32,000 nucleotides of DNA, from assembly GCF_000195855.1 (NCBI RefSeq), contig NC_002677.1, positions 1,230,001 through 1,262,000 of the forward strand, given 5' to 3'. This stretch comes from Mycobacterium leprae TN. Its GTDB lineage: Bacteria; Actinomycetota; Actinomycetes; Mycobacteriales; Mycobacteriaceae. The first letter of the stretch is position 1. The number at the start of each line of letters is the position of its first letter. The position numbers and the translations under genes are program-made. Shown here piece by piece: positions 1 through 10,277 of the stretch. The notes under the pieces were generated by a model. The model saw only the letters and a list, made by a program, of their open reading frames with translations. It was not told the origin of the DNA and did no database searches.

Positions 1-1
1 G

Positions 2-628
2 GCATTGTGGCGCTCGCTTGCTGTGACCAGCGGCGACATCGTGGTGTTCGTCGATTCTGACCTGATCAATCCGCATCCTATGTTTGTGCCGTGGCTGGTC
101 GGTCCGCTGCTCACCGGCGACGGCATTCACCTGGTCAAAGGTTTTTACCGGCGGCCACTAAACAGCAACGATGCGGGCGGCAGTGCTCGTGCCACCGGTG
201 GCGGCCGGGTCACCGAGTTGGTGGCCCGGCCGTTGTTGGCGTCGTTGCGGCCGCAGTTGGGATACGTGCTGCAGCCCCTGAGCGGCGAGTACGCAGCTAC
301 CCGCGAATTGCTGACAGCGTTGCCCTTTGCACCGGGCTATGGCGTGGAGATCGGCCTGCTGGTGGACACCTTTGATCGACTGGGTCTTGACGCGATCGCG
401 CAGGTAAACCTGGGCGTTCGAGCGCACCGTAACCGGCCGCTGGCTGAGTTGGGTGCCATGAGCCGTCAGGTGATTGCGACTTTGCTGTCGCGTTGCGGTA
501 TTCTCGACTCTGGGGTTGGGCTGACCCAATTCTTCGTCGACGAGTCCGACGGTGACGGGTACATCCGGCATACTTGGTCGGTGTCGCTGGCCGATCGGCC
601 AGCGATGAGCAGGTTGCGGCCGCGTTAA
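2..628 (+). CDS. gpgS: Glucosyl-3-phosphoglycerate synthase, C-terminal part (5' end truncated by window)
   Basis: ORF 5..628 is open upstream to the window edge in the same frame (ALWRSLAVTSGDIVVFVDSDLINPHPMFVPWLVGPLL...). It carries the GT81 DSD-type motif and FAPGYGVEIGLL, and closely resembles Rv1208 as I recall it. Confidence 0.93.
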   Translation, partial: ALWRSLAVTSGDIVVFVDSDLINPHPMFVPWLVGPLLTGDGIHLVKGFYRRPLNSNDAGGSARATGGGRVTELVARPLLASLRPQLGYVLQPLSGEYAATRELLTALPFAPGYGVEIGLLVDTFDRLGLDAIAQVNLGVRAHRNRPLAELGAMSRQVIATLLSRCGILDSGVGLTQFFVDESDGDGYIRHTWSVSLADRPAMSRLRPR

Positions 629-643
629 GGCAATATCGTTCCT

Positions 644-988
644 GTGGCGTTGGTTTTGTTGTACCTGGTGGTGTTGGTCCTCGTCGCGATCGTACTGTTT
701 GGCGCAGCCAGCCTACTTTTCGGTCGCGGTGAGCGGCTGCCGCCTTTGCCTCGCGGGACGACGGCGACGGTGTTGCCTGCGCATGGAGTCACCGGCGCTG
801 ATGTCGACGCTGTCAAGTTCACCCAGGTGTTGCGCGGGTACAAGCCCAGTGAGGTGGATTGGGTGCTGGACCGGCTCGGCCGCGAGCTCGAGGCGTTACG
901 TGGTCAGCTCGCGGCTATCGCCGACGCCGAAGCAGATGCCGATGTCTCGAATGTTCCCAGCGGGGACGACGGCCAGGATGTGACGTGA
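644..988 (+). CDS. Small membrane protein with DivIVA-like region (Rv1209-like)
   Basis: GTG start; N-terminal hydrophobic helix (ALVLLYLVVLVLVAIVLFGAASLLFG) followed by VDAVKFTQVLRGYKPSEVDWVLDRLGRELEALRGQL, typical of DivIVA/YneN-like segments. Overlaps the start of the next gene. Confidence 0.85.
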   Translation: MALVLLYLVVLVLVAIVLFGAASLLFGRGERLPPLPRGTTATVLPAHGVTGADVDAVKFTQVLRGYKPSEVDWVLDRLGRELEALRGQLAAIADAEADADVSNVPSGDDGQDVT

Positions 989-1563
989 GCGACGATGGGC
1001 TGGTTCGCTGTGGCTGGGCGGACGTTCGATCCGGGCTCCACTGGCAGCTGTATCGCAACTATCACGACCAAGAGTGGGGCAGCCCAGTACGATGCGGAGT
1101 GGCCTTGTTCGAGCGGATGAGCCTGGAGGCCTTTCAGAGTGGTCTGTCGTGGCTGCTCATTCTGCGCAAACGGGAAAATTTCCGGCGCGCCTTCTCCGGG
1201 TTCGATATCGAAGAGGTAGCCCGTTATACCCATGCCGATGTGCAACGGTTGTTGTTCGATGACGGAATTGTGCGCAACCGCGTCAAGATCGAGGCGACAA
1301 TCGCCAACGCGCGTGCGGCCGCTGAGCTGGGGTCTGCAGCAGACTTGTCTGAGTTGCTGTGGTCATTCGCCCCACAGCCGCGGTCCAGGCCCGCTGACGG
1401 ATCCGAAATCCCTTCGACCAGTGCGGAAGCGAAGGCGATGGCGCGTGAATTGAAACGGCGCGGGTTCCGCTTCGTCGGGCCTACTACGGCCTATGCACTT
1501 ATGCAGGCTACGGGGATGGTTGACGATCACATCTGTACTTGCTGGGTGCCTCCAACACGGTGA
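985..1563 (+). CDS. tagA: DNA-3-methyladenine glycosylase I
   Basis: GTG start at 985 (VSDDGLVRCGWADVRSGLHWQLYRNYHDQEWGSPV). TagA-family hallmarks: RCGW, YHDQEWG, SGLSWLLILRKRENFRRAF, FRFVGPTTAYALMQATGMVDDH. Confidence 0.93.
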   Translation: MSDDGLVRCGWADVRSGLHWQLYRNYHDQEWGSPVRCGVALFERMSLEAFQSGLSWLLILRKRENFRRAFSGFDIEEVARYTHADVQRLLFDDGIVRNRVKIEATIANARAAAELGSAADLSELLWSFAPQPRSRPADGSEIPSTSAEAKAMARELKRRGFRFVGPTTAYALMQATGMVDDHICTCWVPPTR

Positions 1564-1836
1564 CCCCAACTTTCCGAACGGGCCACCGACGAGGCCTTGT
1601 TGTGGGGGGCACACCCAGCCGCGCAGCAGCGATGGAGCGAGCCGGGCAACTAGGCACAGCATCCTGGTTAAGCCCGAGAACCGGGTCTTTGTGCATTCAC
1701 CGACCTGAATAGGGAAGAATAGAGGGGTGATTTGGCAGTTCAATGTTGGGTATTACTGTAAATCCCCCGAGGGGGCATGCTCGGCGCCGAATGGGTCCGC
1801 GAGGGCGGGCCAGCTCGAGTTTGGAGGGAGCACACG

Positions 1837-2004
1837 ATGGCGGCGATGAAGCCTCGGACCGGAGACGGTCCTCTGGAAGCGACGAAGGAGGGGCGAGGTA
1901 TCGTGATGCGCGTACCATTAGAGGGTGGCGGACGACTCGTTGTCGAGTTGACACCGGACGAAGCCGCCGCTCTGAGTGACGAACTTAAGGGCGTCACCAG
2001 CTAA
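1837..2004 (+). CDS. Conserved small protein, DUF3117 family
   Basis: MAAMKPRTGDGPLEATKEGRGIVMRVPLEGGGRLVVELTPDEAAALSDELKGVTS, the highly conserved actinobacterial DUF3117 protein. The ORF track starts at 1777; the internal ATG at 1837 gives the family-typical N-terminus. Confidence 0.85.
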   Translation: MAAMKPRTGDGPLEATKEGRGIVMRVPLEGGGRLVVELTPDEAAALSDELKGVTS

Positions 2005-2005
2005 A

Positions 2006-3330
2006 CCGGCCGTCTGGCAGGTAGTTTTGGTTGTGCACAACTTTCCGGTAGATGTCTAGCGTTTGTTCGGCGACGTGGGCCCAGGAGAGTTCCTTGATGC
2101 AGCGCCGGGGTCCGGCGTGACCATTAGCCTTCGGCTTTTCCTGGGTTGGCGACCAAATCATTGACTGCCGTGGCCAACCTGCCCTGGTAACCAGTCGGGT
2201 CGTCGGGGTTGTAATGCACCAGTGATCCGGTGATCCCGTCGGCGATTACTTCAGGTACACCGCCAACGTCGGGGGCCACTACTGCTGTAGCGCACGCCAT
2301 TGCCTCCAGGTTCACGATTCCTAACGGCTCGTGCACCGAAGGACACACGAAGACTGTTGCTGTCGAAAGTATTTCGCGCATCTTCCCGATGGGAAGCATT
2401 TCTCGGATGCAAAATACCTCGGTGCGATTGCGGGTTAGTTAGGAGACGGCGGTCCGCACTTTATTGTTTAACTCCAGGGTATCGGGAGTGCCGGCGTACA
2501 GCACCAGCTATACGTCCGGGCTAAACCGGTGCGCGGCTGTCGCCAGATGAGCGACACCCTTTCTGTCGGGTGATCCATCCGTCCCACGAACGCCACAGTG
2601 GGCCAGCTTGAGTCTATACCGAGCTCGGACAGTACCGGACCCGGGTCGGATGCTATACATCGCGTTCCAGATGACGTGCACCAGTCTCGGATCCAGCGTG
2701 GGATAGATCCGCAGCATACCGGAGCTAACCGCGATGATCGCATGAGCACCCAGCACCGCGGTGTGCTCGACCCACGTCGACACCCGGTAGCCGCTGTTGG
2801 ATTGTTCGGCTTTCCCTGGGCGCAGCGGCTCAAGTGAGTGTGCGGTCAGCGCATGGGGGATGTCGTAGAGCAACGCGGCAAGATGCCCAGCCAGACCGGT
2901 GTAACAGGTATATTAATACACGATGGTGGCCGCTGACGCGGTACTGGCCGTCATCAGATCCGACGACAAGGTAGGTAGACAGTGCCGCGTTGGCATCGTG
3001 GAACCGGCGGTCAGGCTGATGGTCCTGGGTGCCGGTGCGAGGTGCGTCCATGCAATGCGCATCGACCGCGCATAGTTGGCGCAGTTGTGCGACCAGTTCG
3101 GTGACGTGTACCCCCGGTCCCACCGTAGGACTCTGGCGGGTACTCCCGAGTCATCATGGCCACCCGCATACCGGCTCACCGTAATGCGGTGACTCCGAAT
3201 TTGCGAGTGGTGCGTAAGTCGAGCCCGGGGAGAACCTGAACAGTGCGTCGAACCGAGCCAAATACCTTGACGGACAGGCACGTCAGGACGGCGCCGTCGA
3301 GGGATGCCCCCCTGGCAGCGGTGGGCAGCG
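2006..3330 (-). pseudogene. Degraded glycosyltransferase (glgA/glgM-type, Rv1212c-like)
   Basis: Short minus-strand ORFs in shifting frames retain GT4 motifs: 2124..2399 reads 'VFVCPSVHEPLGIVNLEAMACATAVVAPDVGGVPEVIADGITGSLVHYNPDD'; 2508..2873 reads 'DIPHALTAHSLEPLRP...GYRVSTWVEHTAVLGAHAIIAVSSGM' and 'PTLDPRLVHVIWNAM'. The gene is broken by frameshifts and stops. Confidence 0.9.
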
Positions 3331-3348
3331 GCCGATAGGTTTGGAGCC

Positions 3349-4563
3349 ATGAGGGAAGTGCCACAAGTGCTGGGCATTGTTTTGGCCGGTGGTGAGGGCA
3401 AACGGTTATATCCGCTGACCGCAGACCGGGCCAAACCCGCTGTTCCCTTCGGGGGCGCCTATCGGTTGGTTGATTTCGTACTTTCTAATCTAGTCAACGC
3501 CCGTTACCTGAGGATTTGTGTTCTCACACAATACAAGTCGCATTCCCTAGACCGCCACATTTCGCAGAATTGGCGATTGTCGGGCCTTGCCGGTGAGTAC
3601 ATTACCCCGGTGCCAGCACAGCAGCGGTTCGGCCCACACTGGTACACTGGCTCGGCGGACGCGATCTATCAATCACTCAACCTCATTTATGACGAAGACC
3701 CTGACTATCTAGTGGTTTTCGGAGCTGACCACGTGTACCGGATGGACCCCGAGCAGATGCTCCGGTTCCACATCGGCAGCGGGGCCGGTGCCACGGTGGC
3801 TGGCATTCGCGTTCCGCGCAGCGACGCTACAGCGTTTGGTTGCATTGACGCTGACGACTCCGGCCGTATTCGCCGTTTCACTGAGAAGCCGCTCAAACCG
3901 CCCGGGACACCGGACGATCCCGATAAGACGTTTGTTTCGATGGGCAACTACATCTTCACCACCAAGGTGCTCGTCGACGCGATTCGCGCTGACGCCGATG
4001 ACGATCACTCGTATCACGACATGGGCGGCGACATCCTTCCGCGGCTGGTGGACGGCGGGATGGCCGCGGTGTATGACTTTTCCCAAAACGAAGTGCCTGG
4101 CGCTACCGACTGGGACCGCGCTTATTGGCGCGACGTTGGTACGCTGGACGCTTTTTATGACGCCCACATGGATCTGGTGTCGTTGCGTCCGGTGTTTAAT
4201 CTTTACAACAAGCGTTGGCCGATTCGTGGCGAATCGGAAAATCTGGCGCCGGCGAAGTTTGTCAACGGTGGTTCCGTTCAGGAATCGGTGGTGGGTGCAG
4301 GGAGTATCATTTCGGCGGCTTCGGTACGTAATTCGGTGCTGTCGTCGAATGTCGTGGTCGACAACGGCGCGATCGTGGAGGGCAGTGTCATCATGCCGGG
4401 TGCTCGGGTTGGCCGCGGCGCAGTGATACGCCACGCGATCTTGGATAAGAACGTCGTCGTCGGGCCTGGCGAGATGGTTGGCGTGGATCCCGAGAGAGAT
4501 CGGGAACACTTTGCGATTAGTGCTGGCGGAGTAGTCGTGGTCGGCAAGGGTGTGTGGATTTAG
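3349..4563 (+). CDS. glgC: Glucose-1-phosphate adenylyltransferase
   Basis: 404-aa frame from ATG 3349: [51 protein letters not shown]..., ending [31 protein letters not shown]. Canonical GlgC motifs [29 protein letters not shown]. Confidence 0.96.
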   Translation: MREVPQVLGIVLAGGEGKRLYPLTADRAKPAVPFGGAYRLVDFVLSNLVNARYLRICVLTQYKSHSLDRHISQNWRLSGLAGEYITPVPAQQRFGPHWYTGSADAIYQSLNLIYDEDPDYLVVFGADHVYRMDPEQMLRFHIGSGAGATVAGIRVPRSDATAFGCIDADDSGRIRRFTEKPLKPPGTPDDPDKTFVSMGNYIFTTKVLVDAIRADADDDHSYHDMGGDILPRLVDGGMAAVYDFSQNEVPGATDWDRAYWRDVGTLDAFYDAHMDLVSLRPVFNLYNKRWPIRGESENLAPAKFVNGGSVQESVVGAGSIISAASVRNSVLSSNVVVDNGAIVEGSVIMPGARVGRGAVIRHAILDKNVVVGPGEMVGVDPERDREHFAISAGGVVVVGKGVWI

Positions 4564-4636
4564 CTCGGTGCTAGCTAGGCCAGTTGTTGAGCTGTGTCGA
4601 CATGTTTGTCGAAGCCTATCGACACTTGGGTAAGCT

Positions 4637-5290
4637 ATGATCGTGGTTGGTAATTTTACGCAGAGCAATTACGTGCCTGCGTCGCGAGGCCGTCGGTCGT
4701 CGCAGCTCTCCGGCGACGACCGAGAACAGGCAATCCTGGCCGTTGCTGAACGGCTCCTGGCGGAGCGGCCACTGGGTGACTTTTCCGTCGATGAACTAGC
4801 CAAAGGCGCCGGAATCTCGCGCCCAACCTTTTATTTCTACTTCCCGTCAAAGAACGCGGTGTTGTTGTCGCTGCTTGATGATCTGAATATGAAGTCACGC
4901 TCGGCGGTTGAAGCACTCGCTGAACAGCTGCCCGCGGACCCCGCCGCGGTCTGGCGGTCCGCAATCACGGCGTTCTTCGAGGTGTGCGGGACTCACCGAG
5001 CGGTGGCTGTTGCTGGTGCCGCGGCCAAAGCCACTAGCCCTGAGGTACGCCGGCTGTGGTCCACAGTCATGCAGCAGTGGATCGACTACAACACAGCTGC
5101 GATTCAGGCTGAGCGCAAGTGCGGCGTAGCCCCCGACACCATTCCCGCCGAGGATCTGGCTGTGGCGCTGCAATTAATGACCGAACGCGTGATGGCCGCG
5201 ACATTCTCCGACGAAAAGCCGTTGATCCCCGATAAGAAAGTTATCGACACGCTCGTGCATATCTGGTTGGCCAGCATTTACGGCAGTTGA
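4637..5290 (+). CDS. TetR-family transcriptional regulator, EthR-like paralog
   Basis: 217-aa ORF with N-terminal HTH 'FSVDELAKGAGISRPTFYFYFPSKNAVLLSLLDD' and full-length similarity to the EthR pattern (PRGRR...SGDDRE.AILA.AE.LL..RPL, TSPEVRRLWSTVMQQWIDY, DTLVHIWLASIYG). Confidence 0.9.
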   Translation: MIVVGNFTQSNYVPASRGRRSSQLSGDDREQAILAVAERLLAERPLGDFSVDELAKGAGISRPTFYFYFPSKNAVLLSLLDDLNMKSRSAVEALAEQLPADPAAVWRSAITAFFEVCGTHRAVAVAGAAAKATSPEVRRLWSTVMQQWIDYNTAAIQAERKCGVAPDTIPAEDLAVALQLMTERVMAATFSDEKPLIPDKKVIDTLVHIWLASIYGS

Positions 5291-5309
5291 CCGCGCACCA
5301 TACGTAAGG

Positions 5310-5800
5310 CGCCAGCCGATAGCGCACCTGCTGTGTGTATTGGCGGTATCCGCTCAATTCTTGGGTAAAGCTACCTTCTCCTCGTCGCGGATGCGGAAGA
5401 CGGGCACCGCCACACCGGGGATGACCAGCAGCCCCAGTAGGACCCGAGCGCCAGCGGTACGCCCCCTTGCCATGAATCACGTTGCCGACATACATCGGGT
5501 GCCGGATGAACTTGTATATACCGCCAACGCTCATCGTCTGGCCAGCTTCCACGGTGACGGTGGTTGCCGCATAGCCGTTCTGGATGACTACCAACACCGT
5601 GATACCGAGCCTGGCTGCTACCAACGCATCACCCTGCAAGGACACCCAGGTACCTACCTACCAATCGGTCTAATGCGCTCAAAATCATCATCGCGAACAG
5701 GTCCATAACCGACATCGGTGATGACGATCTTTTACACGGCTTTGCCTTCCGCTTGTGGGCCGGTGTACATACGTCGCCAACGTAACAAGGTTCAATCGGG
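5310..5800 (-). pseudogene. Degraded isoprenylcysteine carboxyl methyltransferase-like membrane protein (Rv1216c-like)
   Basis: ORF 5241..5645 minus retains 'VTVEAGQTMSVGGIYKFIRHPMYVGNVI', typical of the ICMT/PEMT family, then shifts frame. Antisense strands show only spurious ORFs. Confidence 0.7.
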
Positions 5801-5834
5801 CCAAGTCCAAGTGGAGTCTTGATGATGCTTTGCA

Positions 5835-6790
5835 CCTACCTGTTTTTCGTTCTGCTGAGCCAACCTAATTACATAGATCGCATCTTTGGAAAGCCTTGGT
5901 TACCAATGTTATTAGCACGGCATCGATCGCCAACAGCCAAAGCAAAGGTACGATGGTGAAGTCACCGCCGCCAACCCAAGGAACGTGTGTGAATGTGAAT
6001 GGTTCCAGATCGAACACCCACTGCGAGAATCCAGCCAATGAACCGATCAAGTAAAACGCGAAGAATGCGATCAGCACTACCCATGGCACAGGAGTGAACC
6101 GCCTTGCTAAATTCAGCAATTGGACTTTTACTGCGGTCAACAACCAGATAGCGGTCAGCTGCACGGTCGCGGTGCCGGCCATTATGGCCACCATGCCGTC
6201 GACGTTACCCGCTGTGGCACTGTAGACGAGAACGGACGCTAGTCTCTGCGACCAACTTTGCTGCCGAGGATCCAACCAAATTATCGCTTAAATAATTTGC
6301 TAGACAACGGGTTCAGAAAAAAAGAACTGGCCACGCTATCTCGGTACGCTGACTGGATTCTTTCTGGTGCAGTCGCAGGGTAAGCGAGGTGGTGAACGCG
6401 TCAGCAACCATGCCCATCATTGTGAACGCCACCGCGATGAGCAAGTGGAACATTCCTGCTTTCCGGATGTCTGCCGCTCTAAGGCTGTTGTTGTAGATCT
6501 GCCCGTAGGGGGTGTGCTGGGTCGGGCTGGCCATGATTGATGGAATCCGCGAATTCGGCATGGGCGGCCTCAGTTAGGTAGATCATCGAGATGCTTCCCA
6601 CATACACGCTGGCCAGTGGCGGAGACAGCAGCAACACCCACAAGCGGCAACACGACTCGATCACGCCGCAGATACAGCCGGTAGCCTCCCAAGCGGGCCA
6701 GAGAAGTTTGAGCCGACTAGCGGGCGCCGCGTGCGCCAGATAGTGCAATCGATCCAGGGTTGCGGTGCTCATAACGTCGACCCTCTCTTA
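5835..6790 (-). pseudogene. Degraded ABC-transporter permease (Rv1217c-like)
   Basis: Minus frames show consecutive hydrophobic helices (5865..6275: 'MVAIMAGTATVQLTAIWLLTAVKV...VPWVVLIAFFAFYLIGSLAG...LLWLLAIDAVLITLVTKAFQR'; 6313..6561: 'MFHLLIAVAFTMMGMVADAF') split by frameshifts. Position next to an ATPase relic supports the call. Confidence 0.65.
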
Positions 6791-6849
6791 CCGCTATGTT
6801 CGCGCTGGTCGGTGTCTTCAATTGTCTGAAATGTTGTAGTGGCGCAAGA

Positions 6850-7674
6850 AGGGTTTTTTAAGAATCGGTGGCTGGCGGATCAGGCTGCGTACACCGGCGT
6901 AACCGAATATCCGGATCTAGTTCCTAGAGGATTTGACTGTTGACCTGGGCGCTCAGCGTGTTGCCGTCGACGCTCTCGTCCTAGACACCCTGGATCCAGT
7001 TTATATTTTCCAGGATCGCAGATAATTTCGGCTTTGATCGAGGTTCGGCTCAGGTGCCGCAGAGAGGTCAGAGAACCGCTCTTGACGATCTTACTGGCTC
7101 GGATGATGGTCACTCGTCGGCACAGTGCCTCTGGTTCGGTCAGGATGTGGCTGGACAACAGCATCGTCACGCCGCGGTTGCACGCTTCGGCAACGCAAAT
7201 GTTCAAACATGTTATCCATCAACGAGTCGAAGCCGGTGCCCGGCTCGTCTAAGAGTAGTAGTGGTAGTCGGGCTCGTGAGGAAAAGGAAAGAAATCCGTG
7301 AAGTCTTTTTCCAGTTGTTTTTCGAGTAGGTGCGTGCTTTCTTATGTGGGTCAAGGTCGAAGCGCTTTAGTAGCTCGTCGCGCTAACTCTCGTCGATGCC
7401 GCCACGCATGCGGTCCAGCAAATCGATAGTTTCGGTTTCGGTTAGCGAAGACCACAGCGTGACAATTCCTGGCACATAAGCGATCTTCCGGTGAAATTCT
7501 ACGGGGTCGGTCCAAGTGTCGCCGCCGAGTAGTAGTAGTAGTGTTTTCGCTGTCAGTATTAGCCAAAACCAGTAGGATGTGGATGGTGGTACACTTCTCG
7601 GTGCTATTAGGTCCGAGGAAGCCGTGCATCTGTCCTGTGTGCACCGTTAGGTCAAGTTCATCCAATGCACACAA
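6850..7674 (-). pseudogene. Degraded ABC-transporter ATP-binding protein (Rv1218c-like)
   Basis: Fragments: '[23 protein letters not shown]' (eroded Walker A), '[26 protein letters not shown]' (Walker B/D-loop), '[42 protein letters not shown]', in several frames. Confidence 0.88.
7528..7542. repeat. (AGT)5 microsatellite
   Basis: Direct reading: 7528-7542 is agtagtagtagtagt within gccgccg-(agt)5-gttttcgc. Confidence 0.9.
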
Positions 7675-7679
7675 TTAAA

Positions 7680-8345
7680 CAGGAACTCTTGGTCAGCTTA
7701 CGATTTCGATAGGTTCTGAGAGCTGGTATTCGATTCTCCCGTCAATCGGTCGGCGTAGATTTCCAGTGGAGGGCAGTAGGATTTCGCGTGCATAGTCGCG
7801 TAGTAACTCACGCAGTTCCGTTGAATTTTCGTGTATATGCAGATACAGCAGGTAGCTACTGCTACCCGTTATCGCCAGATACTTTGCCCTGGTTTGGGGA
7901 TCGCGACTTGGCTTACGCGTTTCAGATGCGTACTTCCTCGTCAAGGTACACTTTGTCGTCATCCATTATTTTGTGCAGCAATATAGTTGCTCATTCATCG
8001 CCAGATTGCATACTTGTGCACCCAGTAGGTTATCAGCGGTGTGTAAGACTTGACCTCGGCTACTTGCGCAAGCCATGTCGCCGGGTTGCGGACTACATCG
8101 CTGGCCGACTTGCCGCTGCAGACCTCTTTAACGAGGTAGGCATCGCACGCTTTGTGACGGCCGTCCTTGAAGCCGAAAGTGGTGGATGACCAGCGACGCG
8201 CCTATCCCCCTGCTTCGGCGATGGCGCGCAAACTGGCTTCGAAGTTGTGTTCGCCGAACAACTCGATGACTGCATCGCGGATCCGAGCGGCAGCGGTCAG
8301 ATCGACTGAACATTGTGTGTTGGATGCTAAACGTGCGTTCAGTTC
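7680..8345 (-). pseudogene. Degraded TetR-family regulator (Rv1219c-like)
   Basis: Frame 8202..8414 contains 'DLTAAARIRDAVIELFGEHNFEASLRAIAEAGG', a TetR N-terminal start. Further frames toward 7690 are broken. It sits upstream of the ABC exporter relics. Confidence 0.75.
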
Positions 8346-8385
8346 TCGGTCAATGATGTGGTGCGTTAGGAATCCGTAAAATTGG

Positions 8386-9060
8386 TTATTCGCGGACTGC
8401 GGCCAGCAGCCCATCGCCGAGTGGCACCAGCGCAGGGGTGAGTCGCTCGTTTTCGGCGATGAGTCGGGCTGCCTCGCGAACCGCGGTCACCTCGGCATCG
8501 CGTGCCGCGGGATCACCGGCCCGCCCGCCTAACGCCGCTCGGTGCACCACGATGATCCCGCAAGATCGCAGCAGTCGCACGCCCTCGACGACGTAAGCCG
8601 GCTGGTCGATCGGGTCGGCGTCGATGAACACCAGGTCATAGGATTCGTCCGCGAGCCGGGTCAGTACATCTTGGCCGCGGCCGCTGATTAGCCGGGTACG
8701 CGACGGCCCAATACCCGCCTCGGAGAATGCCTGCTTGGCCAGCCGCAGATACTCGGGCTCGATATCGATTGTGGTCAAGACACCGTCGTAGCTCATGCCA
8801 GACAACAACCATAGTCCGCTGACTCCGGCACCGGTACCGACCTCAGCGACGGCTTTGCCGCCGCTGAGCTTGGTCAGCAGGCTCAATAGTGCCCCGACCG
8901 CGGGTGTTACCGCCCTGGCGCCGATCTCTTCGGAGCGCTCGCGTGCGCTGGCCAGGATGGCGTCTTCTGATATCGACCCCTCTGCGTGTGCGAAGAGTGA
9001 ATCGGCTCGACTGGCGGCCGCTTGGTCGGGGGTGACCGCATTGTTACCGGTACCGTACAT
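8386..9060 (-). CDS. SAM-dependent O-methyltransferase (Rv1220c-like)
   Basis: 224-aa ORF with '[22 protein letters not shown]', '[20 protein letters not shown]', '[40 protein letters not shown]', typical of the COMT-like methyltransferase_3 family. Confidence 0.9.
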   Translation of the reverse strand: MYGTGNNAVTPDQAAASRADSLFAHAEGSISEDAILASARERSEEIGARAVTPAVGALLSLLTKLSGGKAVAEVGTGAGVSGLWLLSGMSYDGVLTTIDIEPEYLRLAKQAFSEAGIGPSRTRLISGRGQDVLTRLADESYDLVFIDADPIDQPAYVVEGVRLLRSCGIIVVHRAALGGRAGDPAARDAEVTAVREAARLIAENERLTPALVPLGDGLLAAVRE

Positions 9061-9339
9061 GCCCGCAGCGTATGTCGAATTCGCAGCGTGGTCAGGCAGG
9101 CGCGCTTAGTGTGGCGACGGCGAGCGGTTGGTACCAGCGGTGCGAGTAAGGGGCCACGTAATTAGCCTCGGCGCAGCGACCTGCGGTCGTGGCCTGGTGA
9201 CCATCGCGACACGCTCCATAAATCTCGAAGCGACGAACATCACATTCGCGGTGTGCACCGCGAATTCTGCTGTGCAGCGCTGTTCAAGCTATGGTTTCTC
9301 AGGTAAACCGCAGTTTGCTCCTATATCGCGTATACGCCG

Positions 9340-10131
9340 ATGGGTGACGGTATCGGTATGGAACGTGAAGGGCGCTGGACCGGGAATACACAGTGCCCAT
9401 TGCGTGTTGTGCCGGGTGACGAATCGCCTACCCTCGACGGAAGAGCAAGTCCGGAGGATCTGATTATCACCAACTTGTTGAGCCCGACCATAATGTCTCA
9501 TCCCCCACCCAGCCGAGACGACGACTGGGTAGAACCATTTGACGCGTTGCAGGGCACCGCGGTATTCGACGCGACTGGGGACAAGGCAACGATGCCGTCG
9601 TGGGAGGAATTGGTGCGTCAACACGCGGCTCGGGTATATTGGCTAGCTTATCGCCTTTCAGGCAACCAGCACGACGCTGAGGACTTGACGCAAGAGACCT
9701 TCATTCGAGTGTTCCGATCGGTCCAGAACTACCAGCCAGGAACCTTTGAGGGATGGCTGCATCGCATCACGACGAATCTGTTCCTTGATATGGTCCGTCG
9801 GCGTGCCCGTATCCGCATGGACGCCTTGCCCGATGATTACGACCGGGTACCTGCCGACGAGCCCAATCCCGAGCAGATCTATCACGATTCGAGGCTGGGA
9901 CCTGATCTACAGGCTGCCTTAGATTCACTGCCGCCGGAATTTCGTGCCGCTGTCGTGCTGTGTGACATCGAAGGTTTGTCCTACGAGGAGATCGGTGCAA
10001 CCTTGGGTGTGAAGCTGGGCACCGTACGTAGCCGCATACACCGCGGCCGGCAGGCGCTACGCGACTACCTCCTAACCGCGCATCCCAGAGACGGTGCCAC
10101 CACCGACGCTACGCACGTTAAGTCGGCGTAG
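9340..10131 (+). CDS. sigE: ECF RNA polymerase sigma factor SigE (start ambiguous; alternative in-frame starts)
   Basis: Sigma-70 region 2 '[80 protein letters not shown]' and region 4 '[48 protein letters not shown]'. Followed by an anti-sigma gene and htrA. Confidence 0.94.
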   Translation: MGDGIGMEREGRWTGNTQCPLRVVPGDESPTLDGRASPEDLIITNLLSPTIMSHPPPSRDDDWVEPFDALQGTAVFDATGDKATMPSWEELVRQHAARVYWLAYRLSGNQHDAEDLTQETFIRVFRSVQNYQPGTFEGWLHRITTNLFLDMVRRRARIRMDALPDDYDRVPADEPNPEQIYHDSRLGPDLQAALDSLPPEFRAAVVLCDIEGLSYEEIGATLGVKLGTVRSRIHRGRQALRDYLLTAHPRDGATTDATHVKSA

Positions 10132-10277
10132 TATCCCCCATTCTCCAAAGACATCGTTCTGTGGTGTCCAGGAGGAACTGGCCGGGCCAAAATAATACTG
10201 AGGTTTGCCGGCGTTATACGAGTATTGGGCACTACGCCGCGCTACATTCTAGGTATGGGCGGCAGTGAAAGGGGCTG

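Noticed and set aside
3709-4668. Long minus-strand ORF (319 aa) opposite glgC
   Set aside because: It is antisense to a canonical, full-length glgC and has no recognisable domain. High-GC coding sequence commonly yields long open antisense frames.
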